Both the position numbers and the translations under genes were made by a program. From Octopus bimaculoides (taxonomy: Eukaryota), in the NCBI RefSeq assembly GCF_001194135.2, contig NC_068981.1, forward strand, positions 87,723,745 through 87,787,744: a stretch of DNA of 64,000 nt. The letters are read 5' to 3'. Within the stretch, counting starts at the first letter, position 1. Each line of letters begins with the position of its first letter. Positions 50,101-63,120 of this stretch are shown here, piece by piece. The notes under the pieces are model-generated. The model was not told the DNA's origin, did no database searches, and worked only from the letters and a program-made list of their open reading frames with translations.

Positions 50101-53100
50101 AGCTGAAGCTGAAGACTTGACAGCAGTAAGATTAATGCCTGGCCAAAAGAAAAATTGCATAAAAATGGTATTTAAAAAAAATTCAAAGGATTGGACCATG
50201 TGGGCGCCAGAAAAATAATTGAGTATGTGGTTTCATGATGTGCATTCTAAATAAAATTTGTATCCATAAAAGTAAAAAAGAAGTAGACAGATTGGAAACT
50301 GCCAATATTTGATATCTGACATTGAAACTAAATGGTGCAAATATACTCCACGTAATGTTTTGAAATGATAGTATAACAATACTGTGGCTTTTGCCTGTAC
50401 ATGCAGACAAAGAAACAAATGTAAACCATCTAAACATTAAAGACCATCAAAAGAAAAGTGCTTGCTTGTTTGCAGAAGTTTCAATTCTGGTTTGGCTTCG
50501 ATTTGTGATACTTCTGGTATTATATTATTCTCACTTCTCTCCCTCCCACCTTGATAGACTTTGTATGGTGAGGTTTTTTTTGTCCAGTGAAGGAAAGTGA
50601 AGACATTTCAGGTGAGGGATATCAACTGCCTCAATTGTGTAAATTCTAAAAACTTAGAATGAATATAGTATCATCATTTTATGTCCACTTTTCTATGCTG
50701 GTATGGGTTGGCCAGGTCTTCATGATTTGAGTCAAATCTTATTCAGAATCTGTATCTTCCTACCTGGAGGACCTTGTCTAACATATACATTAAATTTTTG
50801 GCATGGTTTTTATGGCTGGATACCCATCCAATACCAGTCACTTAATGGAGTACACTGGGTACATCTTATAGTATTGGCTCTAAAGAGGTTGTCATACATT
50901 TAGCAAAATTAAAGATCTCTCTACCCTACACTGCCTCTGTTCATTCACCAACCACTTTCCAGGGTGGACTGGGTGCATTTTCTCAGGGCACTAATACTAA
51001 AGTTGCCTTTATCTCTGTACTATACATTGTCCTTTTTTTTTCTCAAAGCAAACATGACTGATAGTATGAATAAGAGGGTAGAAGAAAAGAGCATGTTAGA
51101 ATGGTAGGAAGGGTGTAATGGAAGCATTAGTGATAGCTACTTATTGATTGTTGTAAGGAGATTGTATAAGAAACCTGATGCATGATGAGATAGAAATAAA
51201 GATGGGTCACAGTAAGAGAGCTCATGATGGATAGCAGTAATGATGAGTGATGGTGAGAGTGATAGATGTCAAGAAAGGTCATGTGAACCAGAGAGACTGA
51301 AGACAATGGCAAATAGTGAAGGAATGAAGATAAGGGTACATGTGGACTAATCTCATGCTGGCTCTTTGTTATTCAAGCATCATTGATCAGACTGATCAAA
51401 TATCATAGGTGGCATACTTAATTGGGATTGGGGGTGAGAGGGTAGTTGGTAGAGATTTAATAGGAATAAGNNNNNNNNNNNNNNNNNNNNNNNNNNNNNN
51501 NNNNNNNNNNNNNNNNNNNNNNNNNNNNNNNNNNNNNNNNNNNNNNNNNNNNNNNNNNNNNNNNNNNNNNNNNNNNNNNNNNNNNNNNNNNNNNNNNNNN
51601 NNNNNNNNNNNNNNNNNNNNNNNNNNNNNNNNNNNNNNNNNNNNNNNNNNNNATAGCTACTTATTGATTGTTGTAAGGAGATTGTATAAGAAACCTGATG
51701 CATGATGAGATAGAAATAAAGATGGGTCACAGTAAGAGAGCTCATGATGGATAGCAGTAATGATGAGTGATGGTGAGAGTGATAGATGTCAAGAAAGGTC
51801 ATGTGAACCAGAGAGACTGAAGACAATGGCAAATAGTGAAGGAATGAAGATAAGGGTACATGTGGACTAATCTCATGCTGGCTCTTTGTTATTCAAGCAT
51901 CATTGATCAGACTGATCAAATATCATAGGTGGCATACTTAATTGGGATTGGGGGTGAGAGGGTAGTTGGTAGAGATTTAATAGGAATAAGATGGGTGGGA
52001 GACCCAATATAGATAGGTATCCAAACCTCCATCACTATTATTTTAACAATTGTTTTGCCATGCTTGCACCACAGAGCAAGTTTTTTCCAGCATTGCATCA
52101 CCAGTCATGACAGTTTGTCATCTCCTTCATAAGGTTCAGCTTCTTGAGATCAGCCTCCATTACTTCGTCTCACTCTTCTATAGACTCCAGCCACTTCAAT
52201 TGCTCAACATTACTTTATACCGCTAACGTCTTCCATGTGCCAGTTGTCTCTCTTGCACACAGTCTGATTTCTTTTATATCTAGCTTTTCACTTGGCTCAT
52301 TTGTGCTTTGCCAATCATGCATATTTATCATTACACATCCAATGGAGTATTTTTCTTTTTAGTCACTGCAAATTTTCTACATTCAAGGTTCACATCTTGT
52401 GAATTTATATTCATCACAATTTATATTCAAGTGCCACAAAATTTGCTCCTCGCTATCATCATCATGTACACTTTTTCTGAAGAACTATGATAAATAGAAT
52501 GGTCCAAAAAGTGAACCCTGGTGCACTGCTAAATTTATTGCTGTATTCCTTAGTAACTCTCATTTTGATGACTGCATGTCTGGCTGTGACAGGAAGGGCA
52601 TCTAGCCATAGAATATCTGCCTTAACATATTCTGTTTGACTTATGCAAGCATGGAAAAGTGAATGTTAAATGATGATGATGATTTAAGGTATATTTCAAT
52701 CAATGAATCTAATTTTAAGAGATGAGCAATAAACAGTATTGTCAGCTGGTTCTTTACTATAACTTACAAAATTATTTGGTCATCTGCTCTGTGATGTTGC
52801 ATAGCTATAAAGTAAGCTTGTTTGCAGAAGTTTCAATTCTGGTTTGGCTTCGATTTGTGATACTTCTGGTATTATATTATTCTCACTTCTCTCCCTCCCA
52901 CCTTGATAGACTTTGTATGGTGAGGTTTTTTTTGTCCAGTGAAGGAAAGTGAAGACATTTCAGGTGAGGGATATCAACTGCCTCAATTGTGTAAATTCTA
53001 AAAACTTAGAATGAATATAGTATCATCATTTTATGTCCACTTTTCTATGCTGGTATGGGTTGGCCAGGTCTTCATGATTTGAGTCAAATCTTATTCAGAA

Positions 53101-56100
53101 TCTGTATCTTCCTACCTGGAGGACCTTGTCTAACATATACATTAAATTTTTGGCATGGTTTTTAGCTACTTATTGATTGTTGTNNNNNNNNNNGATGAGA
53201 TAGAAATAAAGATGGGTCACAGTAAGAGAGCTCATGATGGATAGCAGTAATGATGAGTGATGGTGAGAGTGATAGATGTCAAGAAAGGTCATGTGAACCA
53301 GAGAGACTGAAGACAATGGCAAATAGTGAAGGAATGAAGATAAGGGTACATGTGGACTAATCTCATGCTGGCTCTTTGTTATTCAAGCATCATTGATCAG
53401 ACTGATCAAATATCATAGGTGGCATACTTAATTGGGATTGGGGGTGAGAGGGTAGTTGGTAGAGATTTAATAGGAATAACAATGATTCAGTTGCTCAGAG
53501 ATTCCATCCTACTGAAGTTACCAAAAGTAAATCCTTTGGAATGTGTCAGTACCTCTAGCATGTCGTACAGTTTAAGTTTTTGATATCAACTTGCCTAAAA
53601 TCTTCTAGTTCTATGATACAAATTCCCTGCTTTTACCTTCTAGCATTTAAACTGGCCATGTCAGGTCCAAATATTCTACATGTTTTATGTTCAAACTGAC
53701 AGTGTCATTCTAAAAATATACTATCACATCATTGAAATCAAGAAGCAATGCGATGGTTAATTCAAACCAATTTGAATAAATAGCCATTATGTTTGACAGA
53801 ATAATCTGAATGCTAAAGGGTTAAAGTGATCTAAATTAAAACCTTCCATCAAAATTTCATGTTAATTTATGTTCCAAACACCAGCTTAATAATGACAAAG
53901 TTATTTTACAAAATTCTTCAATATTTTCAAAATCAGTTGAAACAAAAGCAGTGTATTTCAAAAGAAATGTGGTACCAAAAAGGGTTAAAATCACTTCATG
54001 CTTGGGGAAACTTAGTGGAGTTTGCTATGTTACAAGCATTTGGAACTGGCTCTAGTCCCTCTTCACCACTAACCGCAAGCTGTTGAATTTGGTTACAGTT
54101 GCATCATTGATATGAGTCTGGGAGGATAAAAAAAATATTCTAAGTGATTTGTTGATGTTTTTGGAAAATTGCAAAGTTTGTTTACAAGATTAAAAATGCA
54201 ACAAATCTGAAATATCTCTTATGACTATCTATATCACTGCATCTATTTTTAGAAAAATATGTAATTTATGCTTATCTTTCAGTTGTCCTTCACATGCTAA
54301 ATATGTTTCTTGTGTGTACATTATATCTTGAGTAGTACAGTACATTGTCCTAGTTTATTTGCTTTGATTTTATGGGGAGTTACACATCCATATCTCTTCT
54401 TTCTCTTCTTGCCTTTAACCCTCCAACGCGGAGTATAGGCCACTTATAATTGAATTTCATGTCGCATAATTTCTCGCTTCTGTATTTATACTCTGCCATG
54501 AATGTCCCCCTTTCTCTAGTTCCTTTTGTGTTGATCTATGCCACGAGTTCTTATGCCTACCCCTCTTTCTATATCCATCCGGACTCCACTGTAAAGCACT
54601 TTTCACTGCATTTGGTGTGTCCTTTCTAATTGTGCTACCAATCCACTTCCACTTTTTCTTAATTATTTGCTCTCTAATCGGAGCTTGATTCATTCTTTGC
54701 CATAGCTCCATATTGCTTATGTGTTAGGGCCATCTGATTTTAAGTATACTACGCAAGCACCTGTCGATGAATGATTGTATTTGCTTATTTGACTTAACTG
54801 TTGTTCTCCATGTCTCAGCCCCATACAATAACATCATATGCCAAAGATAAATTACTGTCACCTTCTAAACAGTGTCTTCACTTCATAAAGTAGATATCTT
54901 TCAGTCAAAGTGAGTGACTCAAGGGGACAGTGGGTACTTTTTTAATTCATTACTCAGACTGATTGAGAGAAATATAATCTTGGTCTTGAAAATGCCTGCT
55001 CTGTCACTTGAAGACATTATTGAATTGAATTTCTCCACTACTTTGAAGAGAAATGAGTATATGTCATAAGCTTCTTTCATGCAAGTTTGTGACTGCAGGA
55101 TGTAGTAGGAGAGAGGACATTAGAGTAGCATAACTTGTGAAGCAATGATATTGAGTAGGAACTGTGCAGATCATCAATTTTACTATCTATACCTGTGGTT
55201 CTCAACCAGGGCCATATAAGATTTTGGGGTGGGGTGGCAGTTCATGTATCAAAATAGTAAATTGGGGATCCATGATAGTATTTTAAGGGTCCCTGAAAAA
55301 ATTTTGCTTTAGATGTATGTATTGGAAGAAACAGCTAGGCTTCTTTCTCTAACATTTTACATAGTTCAACCTACACTAGCTAATGAGTGGATAACACAGT
55401 ATTTGTAATTTTAAGTGAACACTTGTCACTTCAGAAATTCCAAATTTCAAAGTAAGCACATTTCATTTAAACTGTTTTAGATTGCATAATCTTTAAAGTG
55501 TTTTCCAACAAGTAGCATCAAGTAGATATGACACTGAGGATGCCCATGTCCAGTCCATTTCATGGTCAGCTGAATTGTGGATTAAACTACTATTTTGTTT
55601 AGTCTATTACCATTAATTTGGAGACTGCAAATAGAATAATTTTAAAGCATTATAAAATACAAGGAAAATAAAAGGCATTACACAATATAGTAGATGATGC
55701 AATGCATGTCTTCTTGTATGAGGTAATATGCAATATTCCATCAGTCAGCTTGCTAAAGATATATGAAGACATAAAATGCAACCATCTCAAAATATATTTG
55801 TGATAGTTGCATTTCAAAAACCCTAGATGGCATGCTGATAATCAGGAAAATGGTGGTTCTAGTTCTGCAGGATAGATATTAACCTGATATGATCATTACT
55901 AGACATGAATTTGCCAAATTACATTTATGACAGTTGATAGTTTTTCAGGAAAGCAAATTTTGTGGATGAACGAACCAGCCTATGGTTAGAACAGTTCGTA
56001 AAACAGCAGGGAAAAATCTGAATATCATTGTTGCTGTGTCAAGCACAGAAGAAATAATCGTGAAAGTATTTCACACTTATGTACTGTTGCCAGTACCACT

Positions 56101-57841
56101 TGACTGGCCTTCGTGCCGGTGGCACGTAAAAGCACCCACTACACTCTCAGAGTGGTTGGCGTTAGGAAGGGCATCCAACTGTAGAAACTTTGCCAAATCA
56201 GATTGGAGCCTGGTGTAGCCATCTGGTTCACCAGTCCTCAGTCAAATCGTCCAACCCATGCTAGCATGGAAAGCGGACGTTAGACGATGATGATGATGAT
56301 ATTTGATAATGCATCCATTCACTGTGGGGTTCATGTCTCTATTCAATATATTCATAATTGTTGTTTGAGACATCTGCTACTGTGTTTGTCTATGCTTAAT
56401 TCCATAAAGGAATGCTTCTTGTGTATATATGTAATGTGTGTGTGTACATATATATATAAATAAAAGAGAAGAAAAAGAAAATGGAGATTGGGAAATTAAT
56501 AATTGTTTATTATTAACAGCAAATTATCGTCACTTACAGCTGTTCCAATTAATACTTAGTAAATATTAAATTTATATTTATATGACCTGAGCATAATATC
56601 TTCAGAGGGGAAAAAAATATACCCTTGGATGTTTTATGGGTTTATGGATTCATTATAGTTGACTGAATGATACAGTTTATGATTTGTATTGTTATATGTT
56701 CGGGCAAGGGATTTACAGGTTGATAGGCGATAAGATAGAGTTGGTAAATAGAATTAGAACAATCAATGCATAAATTAAATAGAGATGATAGAGGAAGTTT
56801 AAATATAAATAAGGTAAGTTTATAGTTAATAAAATAATGGAATATTCGTTTATAAGATATAAATAAGGTTATGAAAATTTGTATATATGCAAGTATGCAC
56901 GTATACATATACACACACATATATGTATCTGTATGTCCATATGTATACACATGCATATATTCACACATACATACATCTGCACATATACATATATATGCAC
57001 GAATGCATTAATACATGTGCACACTCACATACATGTATGTATATATATGTGTTTACACTTTTTACCCATCACCTCTAAGAAGAAGTTAATATAGATCCAT
57101 GTAAAAATTAAGTTGTATGTAAAAATTCTTATATATATATATATATACACATGCAAAAAACAAACTCTAGCTGTCACATACAAGCAGTTATGACTTTGTA
57201 GCATATCATATGCTTTTGTTAATTATTTTAGCTGCCTTTGTAGTTGCAAGCAGATGTCGACATCGTCTCAGGTTTCTCACTTTTTACTCAGCAGAAATGA
57301 AGGATGTAACAGCTGGAAGGGGAGAGGATTGCATTAGCACTCAGCTGGTACTCATTACAGCTGAGTAGATTAGAGCAATATGAAATGGACTGCCTTGCTC
57401 AAGTGCACAGCTCATGAACCCATATCCTTATGAACATCACTGCAATACCCTAATCACTAGGCTATGTACCTTGTGTATAAAATGTGCACTAAAAGGAGAA
57501 CTTTGCTTCACAGACATTCATGCAATCTTCATGAACAATCCTGCAGGTGTTGCAAAAGTCATACTCTAACTCAGTCTCTTGTCTCTTTTGGACAGGAGAT
57601 GGCACCAATGGATAGGTGGACAGCTGAAAACTTGGATTTGTATGATCATGCCAGATCTTGAATTGAATTGATATCTTATCTTTATATGGTGTCTGCTTTT
57701 GGAATCATGATTGGTTGATGAAATTCATGTTAGATGTCTCTGATTGCTATGCAGGTTTGGCTTTTGTTTCCAGTGATCTAGGTCCACCAGTTGATGCTAG
57801 CTAAACTCAATGTGGGTAAACACTGACGCATGTACAACTAA

Positions 57842-57887
<46 letters not shown>

Positions 57888-58690
57888 CTTCATTCTCACA
57901 AAGTTTTGTATATTCTATACATATTCACTATAAATGTGAATGACTTAGTATCTATGGAATATCACTTATTGGTAAATTATTTCCAATCATTGTACCATTA
58001 TTTTTTTAATAGGAAAAAATTGATAAGAATTTACTGTTTTTATTTAAATTCAGTTGCTCCTTTATTTTGAAACTATTACTATGTGATATTTCAACTGTCT
58101 TTTTAACCTATTCGACACTTAACTGCTCATAGATCTATGATACAAATTTCCTATTTTAAAGTGATCTAAATTAAAGCCTTCCATGAAAATTTCATATTTA
58201 TATTCCAAACACCAGTTTTATAATATTTAATACAGTTATTTTACAAAATTCTTCATTATTACCAAAGTTAATTAAAACAAAAGCAGCATGTTTTAATAGG
58301 AATTTTGTAATGAAAGCGTTAAAGCATTACTTATTTACAATTAGTGTTATAAAAATAAAAATATTAGGGTAAAAGTTATGCTAAAAACAAAGATTTAAGA
58401 ATGATTCCAAAAATGTTTATTCTGGAAACCAATAAATTTTAAACAGAAATTAACTATTGAATTAAGTGAATGAAAGTAAGTCAAAAATATGGTGAAAATA
58501 ATGTAGAAAGTGTGAAAGAAACAATTTTTTTCTCATTTTTGTTCGAAACATTTATGTAATTAGAAAATAAGATTACTATGAAATGTATATGTAGGAATTT
58601 AAAAGTATTTTATATATCTTTTTGATTTTAGGATGCTCCATTCCTTTATGGTCTTGGGACTGTGTACTTTCATTTTGGGGCTTTTCATTG
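38467..58690 (+). CDS. KDM6A: lysine-specific H3K27 demethylase KDM6A/UTX, N-terminal TPR region, partial: join(38467..38549,38831..38894,41291..41432,42586..42635,58632..58690); gene continues past the window
   Basis: Spliced peptide MGTETLTESTADQVLTAEERQNLLEIDSCLFGFIQLDDGDQPKRRLLEKGIIYYQ...[54 protein letters not shown] matches the UTX N-terminus as recalled ([49 protein letters not shown].AFQW). Exon sizes 64, 50, 59 nt and phases agree with human exons 2, 4 and 5. Confidence 0.93.
38831..38894 (+). CDS. KDM6A: KDM6A coding exon 2
   Basis: ttttttcag|T; CLFGFIQLDDGDQPKRRLLEK; donor AAG|gtaggt; 64 nt. Confidence 0.9.
41291..41432 (+). CDS. KDM6A: KDM6A coding exon 3
   Basis: catttcag|GGT; ...[17 protein letters not shown]; donor G|gtaggt; 142 nt. 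Confidence 0.9.
42586..42635 (+). CDS. KDM6A: KDM6A coding exon 4
   Basis: tatttcag|CT; [17 protein letters not shown]; donor AAG|gtaatt; 50 nt. Confidence 0.92.
44757..44979 (+). mobile_element. P2 MITE inserted at the TTAA of an RTE 3' tail
   Basis: catcatcat-TTAA-ccctttcattacc...ctaaaggg-TTAA-tgtctgctttccatg. Confidence 0.75.
46283..46653 (-). mobile_element. tRNA-derived SINE, family A, full length, low divergence
   Basis: Minus head ggcgtaggagtggctgtgtggtaag...ggttccgggttcagaccc; tail gactgaaacaagtaaaag. Confidence 0.8.
46668..47322. mobile_element. non-autonomous foldback DNA transposon, long TIRs, 8-bp TSD
   Basis: TIRs 46668-46848 and 47150-47322 (GGCACTGTCATGG...CCATGACAGTGCC); exact TSD CAAAATTT at 46660-46667 and 47323-47330. 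Confidence 0.85.
47678..48010 (-). mobile_element. SINE family A
   Basis: ttacttgtttcagtcatt...ggaaccatgtggttgggaagc. Confidence 0.7.
48953..49164 (-). mobile_element. piggyBac-like MITE family P1, reverse orientation
   Basis: ttaaccctttactattcagatt...aaatgctaaagggttaa. Confidence 0.72.
50464..53479. repeat. identical segmental copies around assembly gaps (50464-50812 = 52816-53164; 51133-51470 = 51653-51990, also matching most of 53163-53479)
   Basis: Base-identical blocks by eye, adjacent to N runs at 51471-51652 and 53184-53193. Confidence 0.85.
53572..53988 (-). mobile_element. P2 MITE (reverse) containing the nested P1
   Basis: ttaagtttttgatatcaac...ggtaccaaaaagggttaa. Confidence 0.7.
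53632..53824 (+). mobile_element. P1 MITE nested at a TTAA inside a P2 MITE
   Basis: Interrupts the P2 sequence ...ccctgcttt|TAA|agtgatctaaatt. Confidence 0.72.
54420..54840 (-). mobile_element. RTE-type LINE 3' fragment
   Basis: LLYGAETW...IRWP.HISNMELWQR...KKWKWIGSTIRK...ALQWSPDGYRKRGRHKNSW. Confidence 0.82.
55850..56080 (+). pseudogene. possible very decayed IS630/Tc1-like DDE transposase fragment
   Basis: NFVDE followed, after a frameshift, by RTVRKTAGKNLNIIVAVSS. Confidence 0.3.
56086..56300 (+). mobile_element. young RTE-type 3' end with (GAT)n tail
   Basis: gtggttggcgttaggaagggcatcc...catgctagcatggaaagcggacgttagacgatgatg. Confidence 0.75.
56880..57060. repeat. compound (CA)/(TA) microsatellite
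   Basis: Direct inspection. Confidence 0.9.
58100..58322 (-). mobile_element. piggyBac-like MITE family P2, reverse
   Basis: ttaacctattcgacac...ttttaaagtgatctaaatt...gtaatgaaagcgttaa. Confidence 0.65.
58632..58690 (+). CDS. KDM6A: KDM6A coding exon 5
   Basis: ttttag|GAT; [20 protein letters not shown]; donor TG|gtgagt; 59 nt; preceded by a 16-kb intron. Confidence 0.92.
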
Positions 58691-61666
58691 GTGAGTAATT
58701 TTATTCCATTATTCTTAGCTGTTTGATAGCTGCTTTGTATTCATCGTCATTTTATGCCCATCTTTCACGCTGGCATGGGTTGGGCAGTTTGAATACATCA
58801 CCATCATTATTATCTTAATGTCAACTTTTCTTAGTTCACATGAGCCAAATGGAATTTATTGAAACCAATTTTCTACAGTAGGATGCTCTTGTTACCAACC
58901 TCCACCTGTTCCCAGGGGAAATAATATTTTTCTATGACCAGAAATGTTTCCAGGGAAGATTGGAAATGAACACCACTCACGTGATGGCGATATTTGTTTT
59001 CAACTATCACTCAATGCCAAGGAGAGAGTAACACACACACACACACACACACACACTACCTAAATTCCCTCAATGCCTTAGTCAGCCCAGAACTATAGTA
59101 AAAGACACTTGCTCAAGGTGCTGCAGAATCCCGAACCATGTGGTTGGGAGGCTTCTCATCACACAGCCTGTTAAAGAATCTTTGTATTCAAAATATATTA
59201 AAAGGGAGGCTTCTCATCACACAGCCTGTTAAAGAATCTTTGTATTCAAGATATATTAAAATTTCTTTTTAAGATGAAGTTTATTGAAATTTTTAATTTA
59301 GAATTCTTTTCACTTGGGTATGATTTATGATTGATACAAATGATCTTTGTTATTGCTTTGGTTGCTATATTAAAAGTATAAAACTAAAATTGCATCAACT
59401 TATCTTTTAACTGATACATTATAAAAAAAGTTATATTGATTTTAGATAAGTTAATTCTTCTGTAATTTATTTTATAATTTAATGTTATAAATTTTGTTTA
59501 TATATATAGTTTCAAAACTTTTAGCTTTTTATTTTCATTTACATATTGTTTTGGATGTACTGCCATTTTTACTTATTTTGCATCTTATTTAAAAGGTATA
59601 AAACTTTAAATTAACAGTGATGTTTGTCACATTGAATGTGTTAAAAATCATAAAACATTAGCTTTAACTTTTAACTTTCAAATTTTTTGAAATTCACATT
59701 TTTTGTTTCTATTGTATTTGATATATTTTTTATTGCAATTAAGATGAGAATATTATCAGCGTTCACTTCTTAAATGGTTAATAAATGTTTTACTTTTGGT
59801 ATCTTGAACATTTTTTTCCAGGTTAGTTTTTGTTGTACATTCTTCTGTAGACCCACTTCTAAATTTCAAACTGTGTTGCATGATTATTCCACCTTAAATT
59901 AAGTGTGTTGAATTTACATTTATAAATGAGATTTCAAGTTATTATTGTCTGAAAATATTAGACTTCAAATATTAGTGAAGACAACTATGCATGTCATGTA
60001 TAATAGATTTTGTGGGTTTCATTAAAAAAATCCGGTTGATGCAATTAATCTAGAATCTGCTAAGCAGAGGTGTTAGTCTGAGTTATTTCCCTTGAGTGTG
60101 TTGCCCTTTTAATAACAAAACCACTTAGCGCGGAAGTTTCTTCATGCTCGCTCGACCTGCTGAAAATAGCAGCCAAAGCTTTCTTCGCACATTATTACAC
60201 TTTACCTTCATAAAAAAGGAAAGCATAATATAGTCCTTAATGCAGTATGACTGGGATGGGGGTGGAAATTACCGCTTTGGCTACCAGTCTGATCAGTGCT
60301 AATCTGGAGTTAGACAATGACTTGTCACAAGAAATTTAGTATGTACATTTTACTAAATATACTTAAAATACGTACATTTGATCTCGATATGAAATAATAA
60401 TTTTGAAGATAGCGAATATAGCTAAATAGTTGTGTTTTCATGGAATTTTGACAAAATACTTTCAATATAAGCAAATGATAAAAACCAATTATTAATTGAT
60501 ATATTTTTACCTTGTTTGATTTGAATAGAATACAGGTAGCTTATAAATATTGCACCAAACTATACTGTAAAGCAGTTTTTTTTTGCAGTTACTTTTTCAT
60601 TCAATAAAAACATATGGCAAAATAAAACAGATTGAACTGTTTACTATAACATTAGACATATTCACATTGATAGCTATAAACAATTTAATAAAACCTGTTT
60701 ATTTCGTATACATTGGAATAAATTTTCAGTTACCTTTTGAGATCAGTAATCCATCAATAAATCAACATCATTAACTTCAAGGGATGAGAATGAGGTTATA
60801 GACTTAATTCAATGAAAATTTACCTCCTACTCTACAATGCTGTCACAGAAAGGATTTTTATCCTTCCATTATTTACTCTTTCATGATAAAAGGTAATCAT
60901 TAGCAAAAGATCAATACTATTGATGTTTTATCAGAAAATCTATATTTGCAATAGTTATATATAGTGAAGCACATACAAGTGTCGTGTTTTAATGCACATT
61001 GAAACACATGCAGATGTGAACTCCTAAAATCTATATGCCGACAGTTCTTTAACCAGTTAGCTATTTTTATTTCACAGAGAAAATGGATTAATTGTTAAAA
61101 AAACAATCAAAATATAATAGACTTCTTCCTAGCAAAGTGGCTAAATGTTTGTTGTAAGTAAACTTGTTTTAAATTGTGAAGTCAATTGAACCTAATATCT
61201 TATGTAGATGCATGTGAGAAATTCCTTGGAAAATAATATAAAAAAGTATGGAAGAGTGATATAAAGATATATCATCATTATATAATGTCCATGCTGACAT
61301 GGGTTTGATAGGATTCAGTGGATCCAAGGACTGCATTGTTCTCCAATGTTTGTTTTTGGTATGGTTTCTACGGCTGGATGTTCTTTCTAATATCAACTAC
61401 TTCACTGTATGTGCTAGGTGCTGTTTCTTTTTTTCATGCCACCAAGCACTAGTGAGGTCACCATGCAGCTTGCATGACTATATATATACACACATATGCA
61501 CACACGTTTTTCTGTATTAGCATGAATTGGAAGATTTGAGGTAGTATTTTATGGTGGGATGCACTTCCTGTTGCTAACCCTTAAGGGTTATGTTTTTTTA
61601 AAATTCCATCTGTCTTTGAAAGTACAAAGTTATAGGACATTGTCAATAAGGAATGCAAATATTCAT

Positions 61667-61716
<50 letters not shown>

Positions 61717-62739
61717 ATACATGTGCATAATGGGTTTATAATTTCACTTACAAGGTATTGATTGGCCTGTGGTTATATTAGAAGGTATTTGTTCATAGAA
61801 TCCAAAACATCATGTAAATATAATTTTTAAGTATTGTCCATATGTTTAGAACTTTATAAAGAGAAGCATGAACTAAAATTAACAGCCAACTTAAAATAAT
61901 TGAAATATGGTATCATCCCATTCTGTTTTTTTGTTTTTTTTCTCAGAACATTTTGCTATTCTCTGCATTCTTTTATCATTCTTCTCTGCGTTTTGTTGCT
62001 GTACAATAATTGTCACATTATATACACAAATATCACACAACTTGACCTTCATTTGGAAAGAGAATCTCTTTATTGCCAATGGAAATAATACCTCATTGAA
62101 TTAATTCTTACTCTTGCTACTATGCTTTCAGAATACCCACCTACATTGTCAGTTTCTTTTTGGGAGCCTTTTGGGCATTTTAGGAATTTATTCAATGGGT
62201 GCTCTAACTTACACCTTTCTATCTGCTACATACATTGACTTTTGCTGTTAGCATACCTGTGATCCCACTACACCTTTTGTGTATTCATAGTTTAATTGGA
62301 TATACTTTATGGTATTCCTGCTTCCTCTTTTTTTACATATTGAGCAGGTTATTTCACAGATGGTCCTGCTTTCTTCCTGCTAGCTAAAACTTTGTCTTTC
62401 TTAGATTTACTTTAAAGCCTCTTGAATGTAGGCTTTGCCTGTTTAATTCTTTGACAGAATTCTAGTTTGTTGCATCTCAAAATTTCTTCAATCAGGAAAA
62501 AATTTGAATTTTATAATTTTGTAGATTTAACCTTTTTGATACCAATGTGCCTGGTATTACAGTCCTTGTATGAATGAATTAAGAGTAAGAGTATTTTCTT
62601 TATTTTTTTTTTTGTTCCTTTTTAATTTTTTAACCTTTTAATATTCTCTTATTTATAATTTCACTTTGCTGTTTGATAGTTTTTAGTTTCACTGGAGTAT
62701 TTTGTTTTATTAATGTGCACAATATTTGTTTGTTTATCT

Positions 62740-63120
62740 CATTCTCATAGTTCTTAATTGGAGTTATTTTGTATGTTTCTCTCTTGTGTTTAGTAAGGAT
62801 TATTTTTGTGTGTATCTCTTGTGTTTAGTTGGGATTACTTGTGTGTATGTATCTCTCTCATAGTGTTTAATCACTGCATATGTCTCTCTTATAGTGTTTA
62901 GAATTACTTGTATGTCTTGTTTTTCATTAGGATTACTGTATTTGTGTGTTTGTGTTTAGTTATTAGTCAAGATTACTAGTGTTGTATGTGTATTGTAGAT
63001 TTTAGTTGGATTTACATGTGTGTGTGTGTATTATTTGTGCTTTTAGTGTTTTTTCTCATTCTCAGTGTTTAACTGGTGTATACTTGTGTGTGTGTTCCTT
63101 CTCTAGCAATTTAGTCAGAT
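62740..63120. repeat. decayed minisatellite, gtgtttag..ggattacttgtgtg unit
   Basis: Repeated gtgtttag and attactt motifs at about 30-40 nt spacing. Confidence 0.6.

Noticed and set aside
50464-53479. Apparent segmental duplication in KDM6A intron 4
   Set aside because: Copies look base-identical, are mosaically rearranged and bracket N gaps; most likely a scaffolding or haplotype artefact. Read depth would decide.
59822-59895. Possible KDM6A exon 6 (contains VDP like the human YVDP)
   Set aside because: Spacing and residues do not match AIKAFQEVLYVDPSF...LRLGLMFK and the frame stops early; exon 6 is probably beyond 64000.
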